Below, in pieces: positions 25,615 to 34,852 of a DNA stretch of 64,000 nucleotides. The stretch is from the NCBI GenBank assembly GCA_963771075.1, contig CAVYSE010000011.1, positions 448,001-512,000 on the forward strand. The letters run 5' to 3'. Positions within the stretch are counted from its first letter, which is position 1; the number at the start of each line of letters is the position of its first letter. Under the pieces are notes generated by a model. The model searched no databases. It had not been told where the DNA came from and worked only from the letters and a program-made list of their open reading frames with translations. The position numbers and the translations under genes are program-made. Origin of the DNA: a candidate division FCPU426 bacterium. GTDB taxonomy: Bacteria; Oederibacteriota; Muellerivitia; Muellerivitales; Muellerivitaceae.

Positions 25615-27189
25615 TCACTTTAATCGATAATCATAGTTAAGGGTGACGCCTTCACGGGTCAGGCGGTAGAGATCCTTGAAGGGTAGGTTGATCTTTTCCC
25701 TGCCGTCCCGGCTGGTGGACAGGTAATAGTCCGCCAGGGTGATGTCATCGGTCCATTTCAGGTTGGGGGGGAAGTAGTAGAAGACCTGGTAAGGATTCCC
25801 GCTGGCATTGACCCAGTAGGTTTTCGCAGGGTCCCGGTCGGTTTCCTTGCGCACATGGGCGACTGCCTCCTTAAAGCTGGCTCCCCAGTAGTCGTTATCG
25901 AACTTTTCCACCGATCCGGGAAGCCCGCCTGCCAGTTCGTTGAAATAAACGTATTCATATGGGTGCAGACGGACGAGATGGACGACTACGACCGCCATAT
26001 TGAGGCATACCAGCCCGATGACGAGATAGTTGATCCTGGGTTTCGGCGGCTGGGACATCCAGTCGATGGCCGCCAGGGCGGCCAGAAGGACCATCAAGGG
26101 CAGAAAGAACAGGAAATGGCGGAGGCCGTCATAAAGAACAGGCTTCAAGGCCAGGTAGAGCCCGAAGTTGAGCAGAAGTGCGATAGCCCCCAGGACCCAG
26201 ACCTCGTTCTTCAGAAACCGGGTGGTCTTACGGAAGGAAAGGGCCAGTAAGAAAAGAATGAACAGGGGTGTGGTGATCCCGACCCAGACAGGCAAGTAGG
26301 TCCAGGGCAGGGCGGCGCTGTTGATCTCCTCACCCATGAAGAGGACGTTGTTCCTCCAGGTGAACCCCGATGCCATATGAAGAAGCCGCACCAGGTGGTT
26401 GAGGAAGTTGGAACCCAGGTAGGGCCAGGTCGCCATCATGAGGAAACAGGAGGTGATGAAGACCAGCATCAGCAGCTTGAGGTTTTCCCGTAGTCGGGTC
26501 AGCCAGGGCTCCCGGGTGGTTTTCCCTGAAAAGAAGAAAAAGTAGAACTCGAAGAGCAGGTAGACCCCGTAAAGGGTGAAGCCCAGCATGCGGCTGGCCT
26601 GGGTGAGGCCGAAAAGAACCCCTAACCCCAGGGCCTTGGCCAGGAGATGGGTTTGGGGACGGCGGTGGAGGAGGTAGATGCCGCCGAGAGCCAGAAAATA
26701 GAAGACCGCGAAGGGCATATCCTTGGGGTTGGCGGGGATATCCCCCATGAAACGGGGGCATAGGAATAGAAAAACCGGCCCCAGGAGGCTCAGCCAGGAT
26801 TGGTGGGTCTGGTGGAGGAGCAACTCATAAAGGACGATGAAGATCAGAAGGGCAAAGAGCATGTTTAGCCGATGGTCCGCTTCCACCGACTGGGAAGGGT
26901 TCAGCACGTTCAGGGCCACGCTATAAAGGTGGCCGTAGAATTCCTGGTCGTCATGGGGGTCGGGCATGACGAACCCCTGGAAGTCGTCATGGGTCAGATA
27001 ATGGCACATTCCCACTCCCCTCGCGTAAACCCCCGACTCGTCGAAGGTCATGCCGTAATCCGAGGAGGTGAGGAAGGCCCACAACAGATAGAAAATGACC
27101 CACAATAACAGTGGAAATCGCAGGCGTAGTGCGGGGGATAGGGAATTCAGGGTCTGCTCCCGGGCTTGGAATGGGTCAATTATAACCAT
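25615..27189 (-). CDS. GT-C (PMT_2-like) membrane glycosyltransferase, paralog B
   Basis: Same motif series as paralog A (DYGMTFDE, NPKDMPFA, YDGLRHFLF, DNDYWG). Confidence 0.8.
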   Translation of the reverse strand: MVIIDPFQAREQTLNSLSPALRLRFPLLLWVIFYLLWAFLTSSDYGMTFDESGVYARGVGMCHYLTHDDFQGFVMPDPHDDQEFYGHLYSVALNVLNPSQSVEADHRLNMLFALLIFIVLYELLLHQTHQSWLSLLGPVFLFLCPRFMGDIPANPKDMPFAVFYFLALGGIYLLHRRPQTHLLAKALGLGVLFGLTQASRMLGFTLYGVYLLFEFYFFFFSGKTTREPWLTRLRENLKLLMLVFITSCFLMMATWPYLGSNFLNHLVRLLHMASGFTWRNNVLFMGEEINSAALPWTYLPVWVGITTPLFILFLLALSFRKTTRFLKNEVWVLGAIALLLNFGLYLALKPVLYDGLRHFLFFLPLMVLLAALAAIDWMSQPPKPRINYLVIGLVCLNMAVVVVHLVRLHPYEYVYFNELAGGLPGSVEKFDNDYWGASFKEAVAHVRKETDRDPAKTYWVNASGNPYQVFYYFPPNLKWTDDITLADYYLSTSRDGREKINLPFKDLYRLTREGVTLNYDYRLK

Positions 27190-27202
27190 GATTCGGTGGA
27201 AA

Positions 27203-27234
27203 CAAAAAAAGGCCCCGGGGTTTCCGGGACCTTT
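27203..27234 (-). terminator. Terminator after the RND gene
   Basis: Imperfect aaaggccccgg/ccgggaccttt stem with A-tract on +. Confidence 0.6.
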
Positions 27235-27265
27235 GGAAAAGCGTATCGACCGCCCAGGGAGAAGC

Positions 27266-30200
27266 TTAGGGGATTACTGGATAATCGTCGGATGGTCCCC
27301 CTGCCCGATTCCCTTCGCGTGATGGGCTTTGCGGCGTTCCAAGCCCGACATGAGGCTGTAGGCGCAAGGCACCACCACCAGGGTCAGGAGGGTGGAGAAG
27401 ATGATTCCGCCGATGATGGCGATTGCCATGGGCTGGCGAAGTTCGGCGCCGGGACCGAAGGCCAGGGCCGCCGGGAAGCGCTCCCGCCACCGTGGCGGAG
27501 GAAGTCATCAATATGGGGCGCAGGCGCACCGGGCAGGCGTCCAGGAGGGCCTCATGTACTTCCATGCCAGCGTGGCGCCGCTGGTTGGTGAAGTCCACCA
27601 GCATGATGGAATTCTTTTTCACCAATCCCATGAGCAAAATGATTCCGATGAAGCTGTACATGCCCAGGGACTGGCCCATGAGCCAAAGGGAGAAGAAGGC
27701 CCCGGTCACCGAGAAGGGCAGGGCCAGCAGGATCACGATGGGATGGATGAAGCTGTTGAACTGGCTGGCCAGCACCATGTAGGCCACCAGGATTCCCAGG
27801 GTCATGACGAACAAAAGCTCTTTCGAGGAGTTGGCATTGGCCTGGGCGGAGCCGGTCAGCTGCACGTTGTAACCATCCGGCAAGATGCTTTTGCAGATGT
27901 CGACCGCTTCCTTAACCGCGTCTTGCTGGGATACGCCCACCCCGGTTCCGGCGGTTATATAAACGGCCCGTTGGCGGTTATCCCGGAAAATCTGTTGGTA
28001 GGCCGGTACCTGCTGGACGGTAGATACCGCTGAAATGGGTAATACCTCACCCCGGTTGTTGCGGACGTAGACCCTATTGATGGCGTCCGGACCCTGCCGC
28101 TGGTCCACGGGAACGCGGATGGCGATGAGGTTGTCATGGCCTCCCTCGTGGAAATAGGTGCCTTGGAACTGGTAACCGCCGATGGTGGCGCTGATGACAT
28201 TGCCCAGGTCGTCCATATTGACCCCTTCCTCCGCAGCCTTGACGCGGTCGGGTATGACGCGAAGCTCGGGCTGGCCGTCCAAAAAGTTGTCATTGACGTT
28301 GGCCAGCTTGGGGCTGGCGTGCATGGCCTTGCGGATCTTTCGGGTGCAATCCGCCAAGGTATCCCAGTCGGGGCCGGTCACCATCAGTTCCACGGCGTAG
28401 CCCTGGCCCGTGGACATTCCCCTTTGGGAAAGGTCCAGGGAGAAAACCTGCAGTTCGGGAGAAACTTTAGCCAGTTTTTTGTTGACCCAGGCCATGAACT
28501 CAAACTCGCTCATGGGGCCTGGATTGATTTTCCACCAAAGGGATTGAAGGAAACCCAAGGGGCCGACGGGAGCAAATTTATCCGTGATTTCCGCCTTGGG
28601 GCGGTCTTGGGGGTCTTTCATGGTAAGGAAGAAAATGCCCTGGTTGGGGGTGGTACCGCCGAAACCGCCGAGAGCGGAGTAGAGATGCTTCACTTCTCCC
28701 CTGGTTTTCAGAATTTCCTCGCATTGCTTCACGATCTGGTCGGTGTGGGTCAGGGAATAGGTGACGGGGAGCTTCATGTTGACGATGAAGGCGCTTTGGT
28801 CCGTGGAGGGGCTGAAATTCACCTTGATGAATTTCAGCATGAAAAAGGAACTGAAAAAAATGAGGAAGGAGGCCAGTACGACCGACCAACGGTGGTCCAG
28901 GGCCCACAATAGGGTTCGCTTATATCGATTGCGGAGTATTTCAAACTGGTTGTTGACGAAGGTGTTGAACCAGTTGTGCTCGTCCGCCGCGTGCACGAAC
29001 TCGGAACAGCGCATGGGGGTCAGGGTGATGGCTTCCAGGAGGGAAATCAGAACCGCGCCGGAGAGGGTCACGCCGAACTGGAAGAAGAACTTGCCGATAA
29101 TACCCTGCATGAAGGCGATGGGCAGGAAGATGGCCACGATGGCAATGGAGGTGGCCATGGCCGCGAAGGTGATCTCGCGCGCGCCCACCAGGGCCGCTTC
29201 CACCTGCTCTTCGCCCTTTTCCTGGTGGCGGACGATATTTTCCAGCACCATGATGGCGTCGTCCACCACCACGCCGATGGAAAGGGAAAGGGCCAAAAGC
29301 GTAAAGGTGTTCAGGTTGAAGCCGAAGAAGCTCATGACGATGAAGGTTCCAAAGAGCGATGTGGGGATGGCCAAAAAGACGTTGATGGTGGAGGAAAGGC
29401 TTCCCAAAAAGAGGAAGCAAACCCCGGCCGTGAGGAAGGTGGCCAACGCGATCGTCAACTCCAGCTCGTGGACGTTATCCTCGATAAACTTGGTGGTGTC
29501 GAAATTGAGGCTGATGTGAAAGCCCTTGGGCAGGTTTTTCTTGACCTCTTCCATGCGGGCCTTGGCGGCTCTCCCGACATCCACCGCGTTGAAACCGTCC
29601 TGCATGACGATCCCCAAGCCCACCGCCGGCACCCCGTCGAAACGCGAGAGCCGGACCACGGGGGTGACCACCCCGTCCTCGATCGTGGAAATATCCTTCA
29701 ATCGGGTGAGCGTGTAGTTGGGCGAGCCGCCACGGGCCAGGATGGGCAGGTTGGCGAAATCGGGAACCGTATAAGCCTCGCCCATGACCCGGATGTCGTA
29801 TTGGGTGTCGGGGGTCTCCAGGGAGCCGGCGGGGGTCTCGGCGTGCTGGTGTTGGATGGTATTGATGATGTCCGCGGCGGTCAATTGGCGTTCGTTTAAT
29901 TTGTTGTTGTCGACCCAGAGGTTGATCTCGCGGTCGAGAAAGCCGCCGAGAAAGACGTTGGCGACGCCGTTCAAGCTGGTGAACTTGTCCTGGATATGGT
30001 CGCGGCTGTAAAGCATCATGTCGCGCAGGGTCAGGGGCGGGTCGGCGGTGACGGCCAACCAGAGGATGGGGGAGGCGTTGGGGTTCTGCTTGCGGATGAC
30101 CGGCGGAAAGATGTTGGTGGGGAGCTGTTTCTGGGCCTGGAAGACAAGGGTCTGCACATCCTGCACGGCCGAGTCCACGTTGCGGTTCAGGTCGAGGAAG

Positions 30201-30478
30201 ACTGAGATGTTGGCGTTTCCCTGGGTACAGGTGGTCTGAACGTCCTGGACGCCCTGGGCGCCCAGCACGGCCTGTTCGACCGGGTCCGCCACGTCCGATT
30301 CCACGACCTCGGGAGAGGCGTTGGGGAGAGTGATGGACACGTTCACCACGGGGAAGTCCACATCCGGCAGGTTCGAGACCCCCATACGCATGAAGCAGAT
30401 GAAACCGAAGATGATGAAAGCCGCCATGAGCATCCAGGCGAACACCGGGTTTCGGATGGAAATATCGGACAGTGTCAT
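27266..30478 (-). CDS. RND (AcrB/HAE1-type) efflux permease, frameshifted near the C-terminus
   Basis: IGVVVDDAIMVLENI, GLVKKNSIMLVDF, RLRPILMT; canonical end (GAELRQPMAIAIIGG..STLLTL) lies in another frame after ~27472, with stop at 27274. Confidence 0.92.
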   Translation of the reverse strand: MTLSDISIRNPVFAWMLMAAFIIFGFICFMRMGVSNLPDVDFPVVNVSITLPNASPEVVESDVADPVEQAVLGAQGVQDVQTTCTQGNANISVFLDLNRNVDSAVQDVQTLVFQAQKQLPTNIFPPVIRKQNPNASPILWLAVTADPPLTLRDMMLYSRDHIQDKFTSLNGVANVFLGGFLDREINLWVDNNKLNERQLTAADIINTIQHQHAETPAGSLETPDTQYDIRVMGEAYTVPDFANLPILARGGSPNYTLTRLKDISTIEDGVVTPVVRLSRFDGVPAVGLGIVMQDGFNAVDVGRAAKARMEEVKKNLPKGFHISLNFDTTKFIEDNVHELELTIALATFLTAGVCFLFLGSLSSTINVFLAIPTSLFGTFIVMSFFGFNLNTFTLLALSLSIGVVVDDAIMVLENIVRHQEKGEEQVEAALVGAREITFAAMATSIAIVAIFLPIAFMQGIIGKFFFQFGVTLSGAVLISLLEAITLTPMRCSEFVHAADEHNWFNTFVNNQFEILRNRYKRTLLWALDHRWSVVLASFLIFFSSFFMLKFIKVNFSPSTDQSAFIVNMKLPVTYSLTHTDQIVKQCEEILKTRGEVKHLYSALGGFGGTTPNQGIFFLTMKDPQDRPKAEITDKFAPVGPLGFLQSLWWKINPGPMSEFEFMAWVNKKLAKVSPELQVFSLDLSQRGMSTGQGYAVELMVTGPDWDTLADCTRKIRKAMHASPKLANVNDNFLDGQPELRVIPDRVKAAEEGVNMDDLGNVISATIGGYQFQGTYFHEGGHDNLIAIRVPVDQRQGPDAINRVYVRNNRGEVLPISAVSTVQQVPAYQQIFRDNRQRAVYITAGTGVGVSQQDAVKEAVDICKSILPDGYNVQLTGSAQANANSSKELLFVMTLGILVAYMVLASQFNSFIHPIVILLALPFSVTGAFFSLWLMGQSLGMYSFIGIILLMGLVKKNSIMLVDFTNQRRHAGMEVHEALLDACPVRLRPILMTSSATVAGALPGGPGLRSRRRTSPAHGNRHHRRNHLLHPPDPGGGALRLQPHVGLGTPQSPSREGNRAGGPSDDYPVIP

Positions 30479-30486
30479 TGGTAACT

Positions 30487-30591
30487 CCAGTTCTGAGTTT
30501 TGGTTTCTAAATTTTCAGTTAGGCCTATTTTCCCCATTTGAATCGGCGGGAAAATTAATTATTCAAAACTTAACACTTAGAACTTAAAACT
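30487..30591. repeat. 7-mer-periodic inverted repeat between TolC and RND genes
   Basis: agttctgagttttggtttctaaatttt ... aaaacttaacacttagaacttaaaact. Confidence 0.6.
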
Positions 30592-31966
30592 AATTATTGC
30601 CTGTTTTCGGCAGTTTGCCCGTAGCCACATCCAGCCAGACCTGGTCGTAAAGCGTCTGGTACTTGGCCTTGATGAAGCTGATCTTGGCGTTTTCCAAGGA
30701 AGACAAGGTTTGAAGCAATTCCAAGTTGGTGGTGAGGTTCAGTTTCAAATCGTGCATGACATCCTGGTAATCCTGTTGATAGGCATGGACCGCTTTTTGA
30801 TAGGCCGCGGTCTCCCCGATCGATTCCACCAGGCTTTTGTTAGCCTCCCGGATATCGTCCTGGGCGCTTCGCCGGGCCAGGGATAATTGCATTTCCGCCT
30901 GCCTTTTCTTGGAGGCCGCTTGGTCCTCTTGGGCGACGATTTGTCCCCCCTCGAACAGGGGAAGGGAAGCCGTCAATCCCACCGTCCATTCGGGGGAAGG
31001 AACGCTTCCTTCCATGTCCAAATAGTAGGTGCCTTGGGCTTGCAGGGTGGGGAGGTGTTCGCCGTGGGCCTGGAGGAGGTAGGCGTCGGACACGGCCACG
31101 TTGGCCGCGGCGGATTTAACATCGGGCCTATCGTCCACCAGGGATTGGATACGATCCATCACATGGGAAGGCATATTGTATGTTTCATTCGATATGAGGA
31201 TTTGGTCCGGCTTAATATTGGCCAGGGTGGCCAGGGTTTCCCTGGCCTGGACCAATTGGTTTCGGTCGCTTTCCAAATCGGCATCCACCTGCATCAATTG
31301 GGCCTGGGTGTTGGAGACATCCGCGGTGCGGGACCGGCCCATTTTTTGCCATTTCTTTTCCAACGCCAGGGTCTTCTCATTCAGGTCTTTGGAGGTGGTC
31401 AAGGCCTGGTCCGACTCTTCCAGGGCCAAGACATTGTAGAAAGCGCTTGCTACATTGAGAAGCAACAAACGGGATTGGTTCAAGAGAGCGTATTTTTGGA
31501 CATCAATATTGGCACCCGCGCCCTTGACCGCGGCCACCTGGGTCAGGCCGCTAAAGATCGTCTCCGTCCCGGAAAGATAAAGGGAATCGGTGGGGGGGTT
31601 CGCGAGGGAAAAGACCGCTCCGGACCCTACATAACTTCCAGAGGTCCAGGCCGCGGTACCGTTCAGGCCAACCTGGGGTAACCAGGCCCCGATTGCCTGT
31701 GCGTTCTGCGATTTCGCCTGGAGGACATTCTCGGCCGAGGTGGCGAGGCTCTCGGTTCGTTTGGCCGCCAAGGCGTAAACATCCCATAGGTTCATTGTTT
31801 TCTTGACCGCCGCCATTTCCGCCGCGTCCGGGGCGAGGCCCGTGACTTGGGTAAGGGTTTTCTCCATCTTTCCATCGCCCACTTGTATGGGAACTTCGGC
31901 ACAACCCGTGAGGTAAAGTGCCAACCCCGTGAAAATGACCGAGAGATATGAGAGGTTCTTGGACAA
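30590..31966 (-). CDS. TolC-family outer-membrane efflux lipoprotein
   Basis: AAGGAG RBS, lipobox LTGC, two OEP repeats (V..AFY..L; RPDV; LP.L; LPLFEGG). Confidence 0.9.
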   Translation of the reverse strand: MSKNLSYLSVIFTGLALYLTGCAEVPIQVGDGKMEKTLTQVTGLAPDAAEMAAVKKTMNLWDVYALAAKRTESLATSAENVLQAKSQNAQAIGAWLPQVGLNGTAAWTSGSYVGSGAVFSLANPPTDSLYLSGTETIFSGLTQVAAVKGAGANIDVQKYALLNQSRLLLLNVASAFYNVLALEESDQALTTSKDLNEKTLALEKKWQKMGRSRTADVSNTQAQLMQVDADLESDRNQLVQARETLATLANIKPDQILISNETYNMPSHVMDRIQSLVDDRPDVKSAAANVAVSDAYLLQAHGEHLPTLQAQGTYYLDMEGSVPSPEWTVGLTASLPLFEGGQIVAQEDQAASKKRQAEMQLSLARRSAQDDIREANKSLVESIGETAAYQKAVHAYQQDYQDVMHDLKLNLTTNLELLQTLSSLENAKISFIKAKYQTLYDQVWLDVATGKLPKTGNN

Positions 31967-32060
31967 AGCATCGCTCCTTAGAAAAACTTGGGGTTGGCCG
32001 CTTATTATCCCAAAGTCGCATACCGAAACAAGTCAGGCCGCACAAAATAAACCACTTAAT

Positions 32061-32090
32061 AAAAAAGCCCAAGGCCTTTTGCCTTAGGCT
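32061..32090 (-). terminator. Internal terminator between the Spy-like gene and TolC
   Basis: Minus strand agcctaaggc-aaaag-gccttgggct-tttttt. Confidence 0.6.
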
Positions 32091-32560
32091 TGATTCCCCT
32101 CCGGGGGATTAGGGTTTCGAGTCCGGCGAAGGCGTGTTGTCATGGAGGAGCATGGACCCCAGGGAGGGGGGGGCACGGCCCCCGGTACGTTCCATCCCTT
32201 TGGATCGCTATGGCGGGATTCCCATTTGGCGATCATTTGGTTGAATTTTTGTTTTTGCTCATCGTTCAAGACGGCCCGGATCTTGTCATTGGAGGCGTCC
32301 CTCAAACTTTTAAGCTTGGTGTTGGTGTCGAGCCGGGCGGATTCCAGTTGGGATCGGAAATCATTGAAAATGCCGCGGATGGTTTCTGTTTGGGCGGGGG
32401 TCAGTTTCAAATTGACGGAAAGCCGGTTGAGGAAAGGGTTGAAGTCGCCTTGGCGGGCGTGCGCTTCGTGGAAGCAGTGATGGATGTAGATGCCGGTTCC
32501 AGCCGCCCCCAGGCATATCCCAATGAACAACGCGAAAGAGATTTTCATCCAATCTTTCAA
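32084..32560 (-). CDS. Membrane-anchored Spy/CpxP-like periplasmic helical protein
   Basis: N-terminal TM, LKLTPAQ and IRAVLNDEQ (LTxxQ-like) motifs, follows an anti-sigma gene. Confidence 0.7.
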   Translation of the reverse strand: MKDWMKISFALFIGICLGAAGTGIYIHHCFHEAHARQGDFNPFLNRLSVNLKLTPAQTETIRGIFNDFRSQLESARLDTNTKLKSLRDASNDKIRAVLNDEQKQKFNQMIAKWESRHSDPKGWNVPGAVPPPPWGPCSSMTTRLRRTRNPNPPEGNQA

Positions 32561-32564
32561 AACC

Positions 32565-33035
32565 TTACTCCTTGATCATACTGACGACCATGTCCTCGTG
32601 GTAGGCGGCGGGCATGGCGTTCCATTGGGAGGAAAGGGCCTCCGGGGTGGAAGAGGAATAATAATCCGTATCGGACGAGGGGAGGGAGGAAAGTTCGGGG
32701 GTGGAGGGCACGATGTAAAAGAAGACCCATGTGGCGGCCATGGCGGAACCCACCAGGGGAAAGATCCATCTCAAGTAATTTTCAAAGGTGAAAAAGCGGA
32801 TTGATTTTGGTTTGGAACGGACGCGTTCCATCACGGCCGCCACCATGCGGTCTTCCTGAACCTCGGAAAAGGACATTTTAGGGAAAAGGGTAGTGGAAAT
32901 TTTATTCCATTGGGCCAAGGCCAGACGGCATTCGGCGCAGGCCGCCAAATGAGCCTCAAGTTCATGTTTTTCGCGGGTGGGGAGAGGAGCGTCGGCAAGC
33001 GCGAATAGAGCTGTTTTTATTTCTTCGTGAGTCAT
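32565..33035 (-). CDS. Zinc-binding (ZAS, zf-HC2) transmembrane anti-sigma factor
   Basis: HLAACAEC (HxxxCxxC), single TM, ATGA overlap with the ECF sigma gene. Confidence 0.9.
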   Translation of the reverse strand: MTHEEIKTALFALADAPLPTREKHELEAHLAACAECRLALAQWNKISTTLFPKMSFSEVQEDRMVAAVMERVRSKPKSIRFFTFENYLRWIFPLVGSAMAATWVFFYIVPSTPELSSLPSSDTDYYSSSTPEALSSQWNAMPAAYHEDMVVSMIKE

Positions 33036-33622
33036 GACCTGTCTCCTTCCTTGGTTAGGACGCCCTCATTCTTCAAAAAGTGTTGTAAATTCTCCTGTAA
33101 CATCCTCCGGGCCCGGGAAAGCCTGCCCTTGACCGCGTCCACGGAGCATTCCAAGGTATCGGCGATTTCCTGGTATTCCAGGCCCTGGGCTTCCCGAAGG
33201 GTGAGGATGGCCCGGTAATCCTCTGGAAGGGTCGAAAGGATCTTGTTCGCCAAATCCATGCTTTCTAAGGCTGGGAGGGCGCTACCGGAGGTGGCATAGA
33301 GGGCCTCGATCCGGTCCCCCTCCGCTTCCACCAGGCCCTCGAGGGAAACGGTCCGGTGGCGGTTGCGTTTGCGCAGGATGTCAAGGCAATGGTTCGTGGT
33401 AATGCGGTAAAGCCAGGTCGAAAAGGAGGAGTTGCGTTTGAATTTACCAAGGTTGTGATAGGCCTTCGTGAAGATGTCCTGGGCGGCTTCCTCCGCCTCG
33501 GAACGGTTATGGAGCATGGAAAGGCAATAACCCAGCACCTTTTGGTGGTAAAGGCGCATAAGTTCCCCGTACCGTTCTACATCCCCCTTCAGGATTAGTT
33601 CTATTAATTCAAGGTCGTTGAT
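33032..33622 (-). CDS. ECF sigma-70 factor (probable ATC start; first ATG at 33559)
   Basis: AEEAAQDIF, SSFSTWLYRI..N.C.D, region 4 YQEIA..L....VKGRLSRAR; in-frame NDLELIELILKGD upstream of the first ATG. Confidence 0.92.
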   Translation of the reverse strand: MNDLELIELILKGDVERYGELMRLYHQKVLGYCLSMLHNRSEAEEAAQDIFTKAYHNLGKFKRNSSFSTWLYRITTNHCLDILRKRNRHRTVSLEGLVEAEGDRIEALYATSGSALPALESMDLANKILSTLPEDYRAILTLREAQGLEYQEIADTLECSVDAVKGRLSRARRMLQENLQHFLKNEGVLTKEGDRS

Positions 33623-33674
33623 AGGTGTCTCCCGAGGTTGGCCATATGCTTTTGACGTTTACAACAATATTGTG

Positions 33675-34724
33675 CTGAATTCAACCAGTAAGTGCAACAC
33701 CTAGGCGAAAGACTTGCTCCGGCGTTTTGAAGCCAAGACACTTGCGGGGACGACCATTGAGAATCCGTTCCACGCGCCTGACTTGAGCTGGGGTTATGTT
33801 AGCAAAATCGGTTTTCTTCGGATAGAAGCGTCGAATCAAACCGTTGGTGTTTTCCACGGTGCCTTTTTCCCAACTGTGGAATGGCAGGCAGAAGAAAGAC
33901 CTAGTGCCCAAAACGGCATTGACCTGGAGGTGTTCGACGTTCTCCGAGCCGTTGTCATAGGTGATGGTCCTGCGGAGTCCCTTGGAAAATTGACCGAGGC
34001 GACGATTGATAGCCATACGGGTATTTGACGCGGATTTCTGGGGCAGCCAAGCAAGTTTTACCAGTCGGCTCTTTCTTTCGACCATGACCAAGATAGAAGC
34101 TTTGCTCTGCCTGGAAATGATAGTGTCCATCTCCCAGTGGCCGTATTGGTCCCGTGCCTTGACGATGGCAGGGCGTTGGGTGATTGAAACGCGTTGTGGG
34201 ATATGGCTTTTGCGGTGATTGTGGGAATGCCATCGCCGAAGTCGTTTTCGATGGGAGCGAGCCAAGAAGGGAATGAGATGCCGAGCTTTGCTATAGATGA
34301 ACTGGTAGACGGCCTCGTGGGAAATGGAGATTTTGGATTTCTCCTGGTGAAGTTGACCGGCGATTTGTTCGGGTGAAAGACCTTGCCGAAGTTTACGCAA
34401 GACATACCGGCGCAGTTCGGGTTTCTTGAGCCGAAAGTGAGTTCGAGAGATCTGGTTGCGCAAGATGGCCCGATCGTGAGCCCTGGCAGGAAGATACCGG
34501 CCGGGACGTAAGGGAGGGGCGTTGCGCTTCAACTCTCGGGAAACGCTGGAAACATCACGGCCAAGGCGTTTGGCGATTTTTCGCAGGGAAAGGCCTTGAG
34601 CCTTCCAAATAGAGATTTTTTCACGTTCGGCTAACAATAGATGCCTGTAGGATTGTTTCATGAAACTTAGGATAACCCCCGGGTTCTGCCGGGCCTAAGT
34701 GTTGCACTTCGTTATTGAACTGGG
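33675..34724 (-). mobile_element. IS30-family insertion sequence, 1050 bp
   Basis: 32-bp imperfect IRs (gcctaRgtgttgcactt-N5-ttgaa) at 33675-33706 and 34693-34724; GTG duplicated at 33672-33674 and 34725-34727. Confidence 0.92.
33681..34661 (-). CDS. IS30-family DDE transposase
   Basis: HTH (IAKRLGR..S.VSREL.RN), GHWEMDT, TYDNGSE, SWEKGTVENTNGLIR, RPRKCLG. Confidence 0.97.
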   Translation of the reverse strand: MKQSYRHLLLAEREKISIWKAQGLSLRKIAKRLGRDVSSVSRELKRNAPPLRPGRYLPARAHDRAILRNQISRTHFRLKKPELRRYVLRKLRQGLSPEQIAGQLHQEKSKISISHEAVYQFIYSKARHLIPFLARSHRKRLRRWHSHNHRKSHIPQRVSITQRPAIVKARDQYGHWEMDTIISRQSKASILVMVERKSRLVKLAWLPQKSASNTRMAINRRLGQFSKGLRRTITYDNGSENVEHLQVNAVLGTRSFFCLPFHSWEKGTVENTNGLIRRFYPKKTDFANITPAQVRRVERILNGRPRKCLGFKTPEQVFRLGVALTG

Positions 34725-34852
34725 GTGTGTGTTACGTTCATAGACTCGTTCCGAAAAGCGATAAAGTCAAGAAACCCGCCGTCTTCCCATCCTATATAAT
34801 GGCCTTCTTCGAACCCTGAATCCGTCGATTGGGAAAAAACAGGGGGCAAAAA

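Noticed and set aside
23920..27189. DGR-like template/variable repeat between paralogs
   Set aside because: Differences are ordinary paralog divergence, not adenine-specific; no reverse transcriptase present
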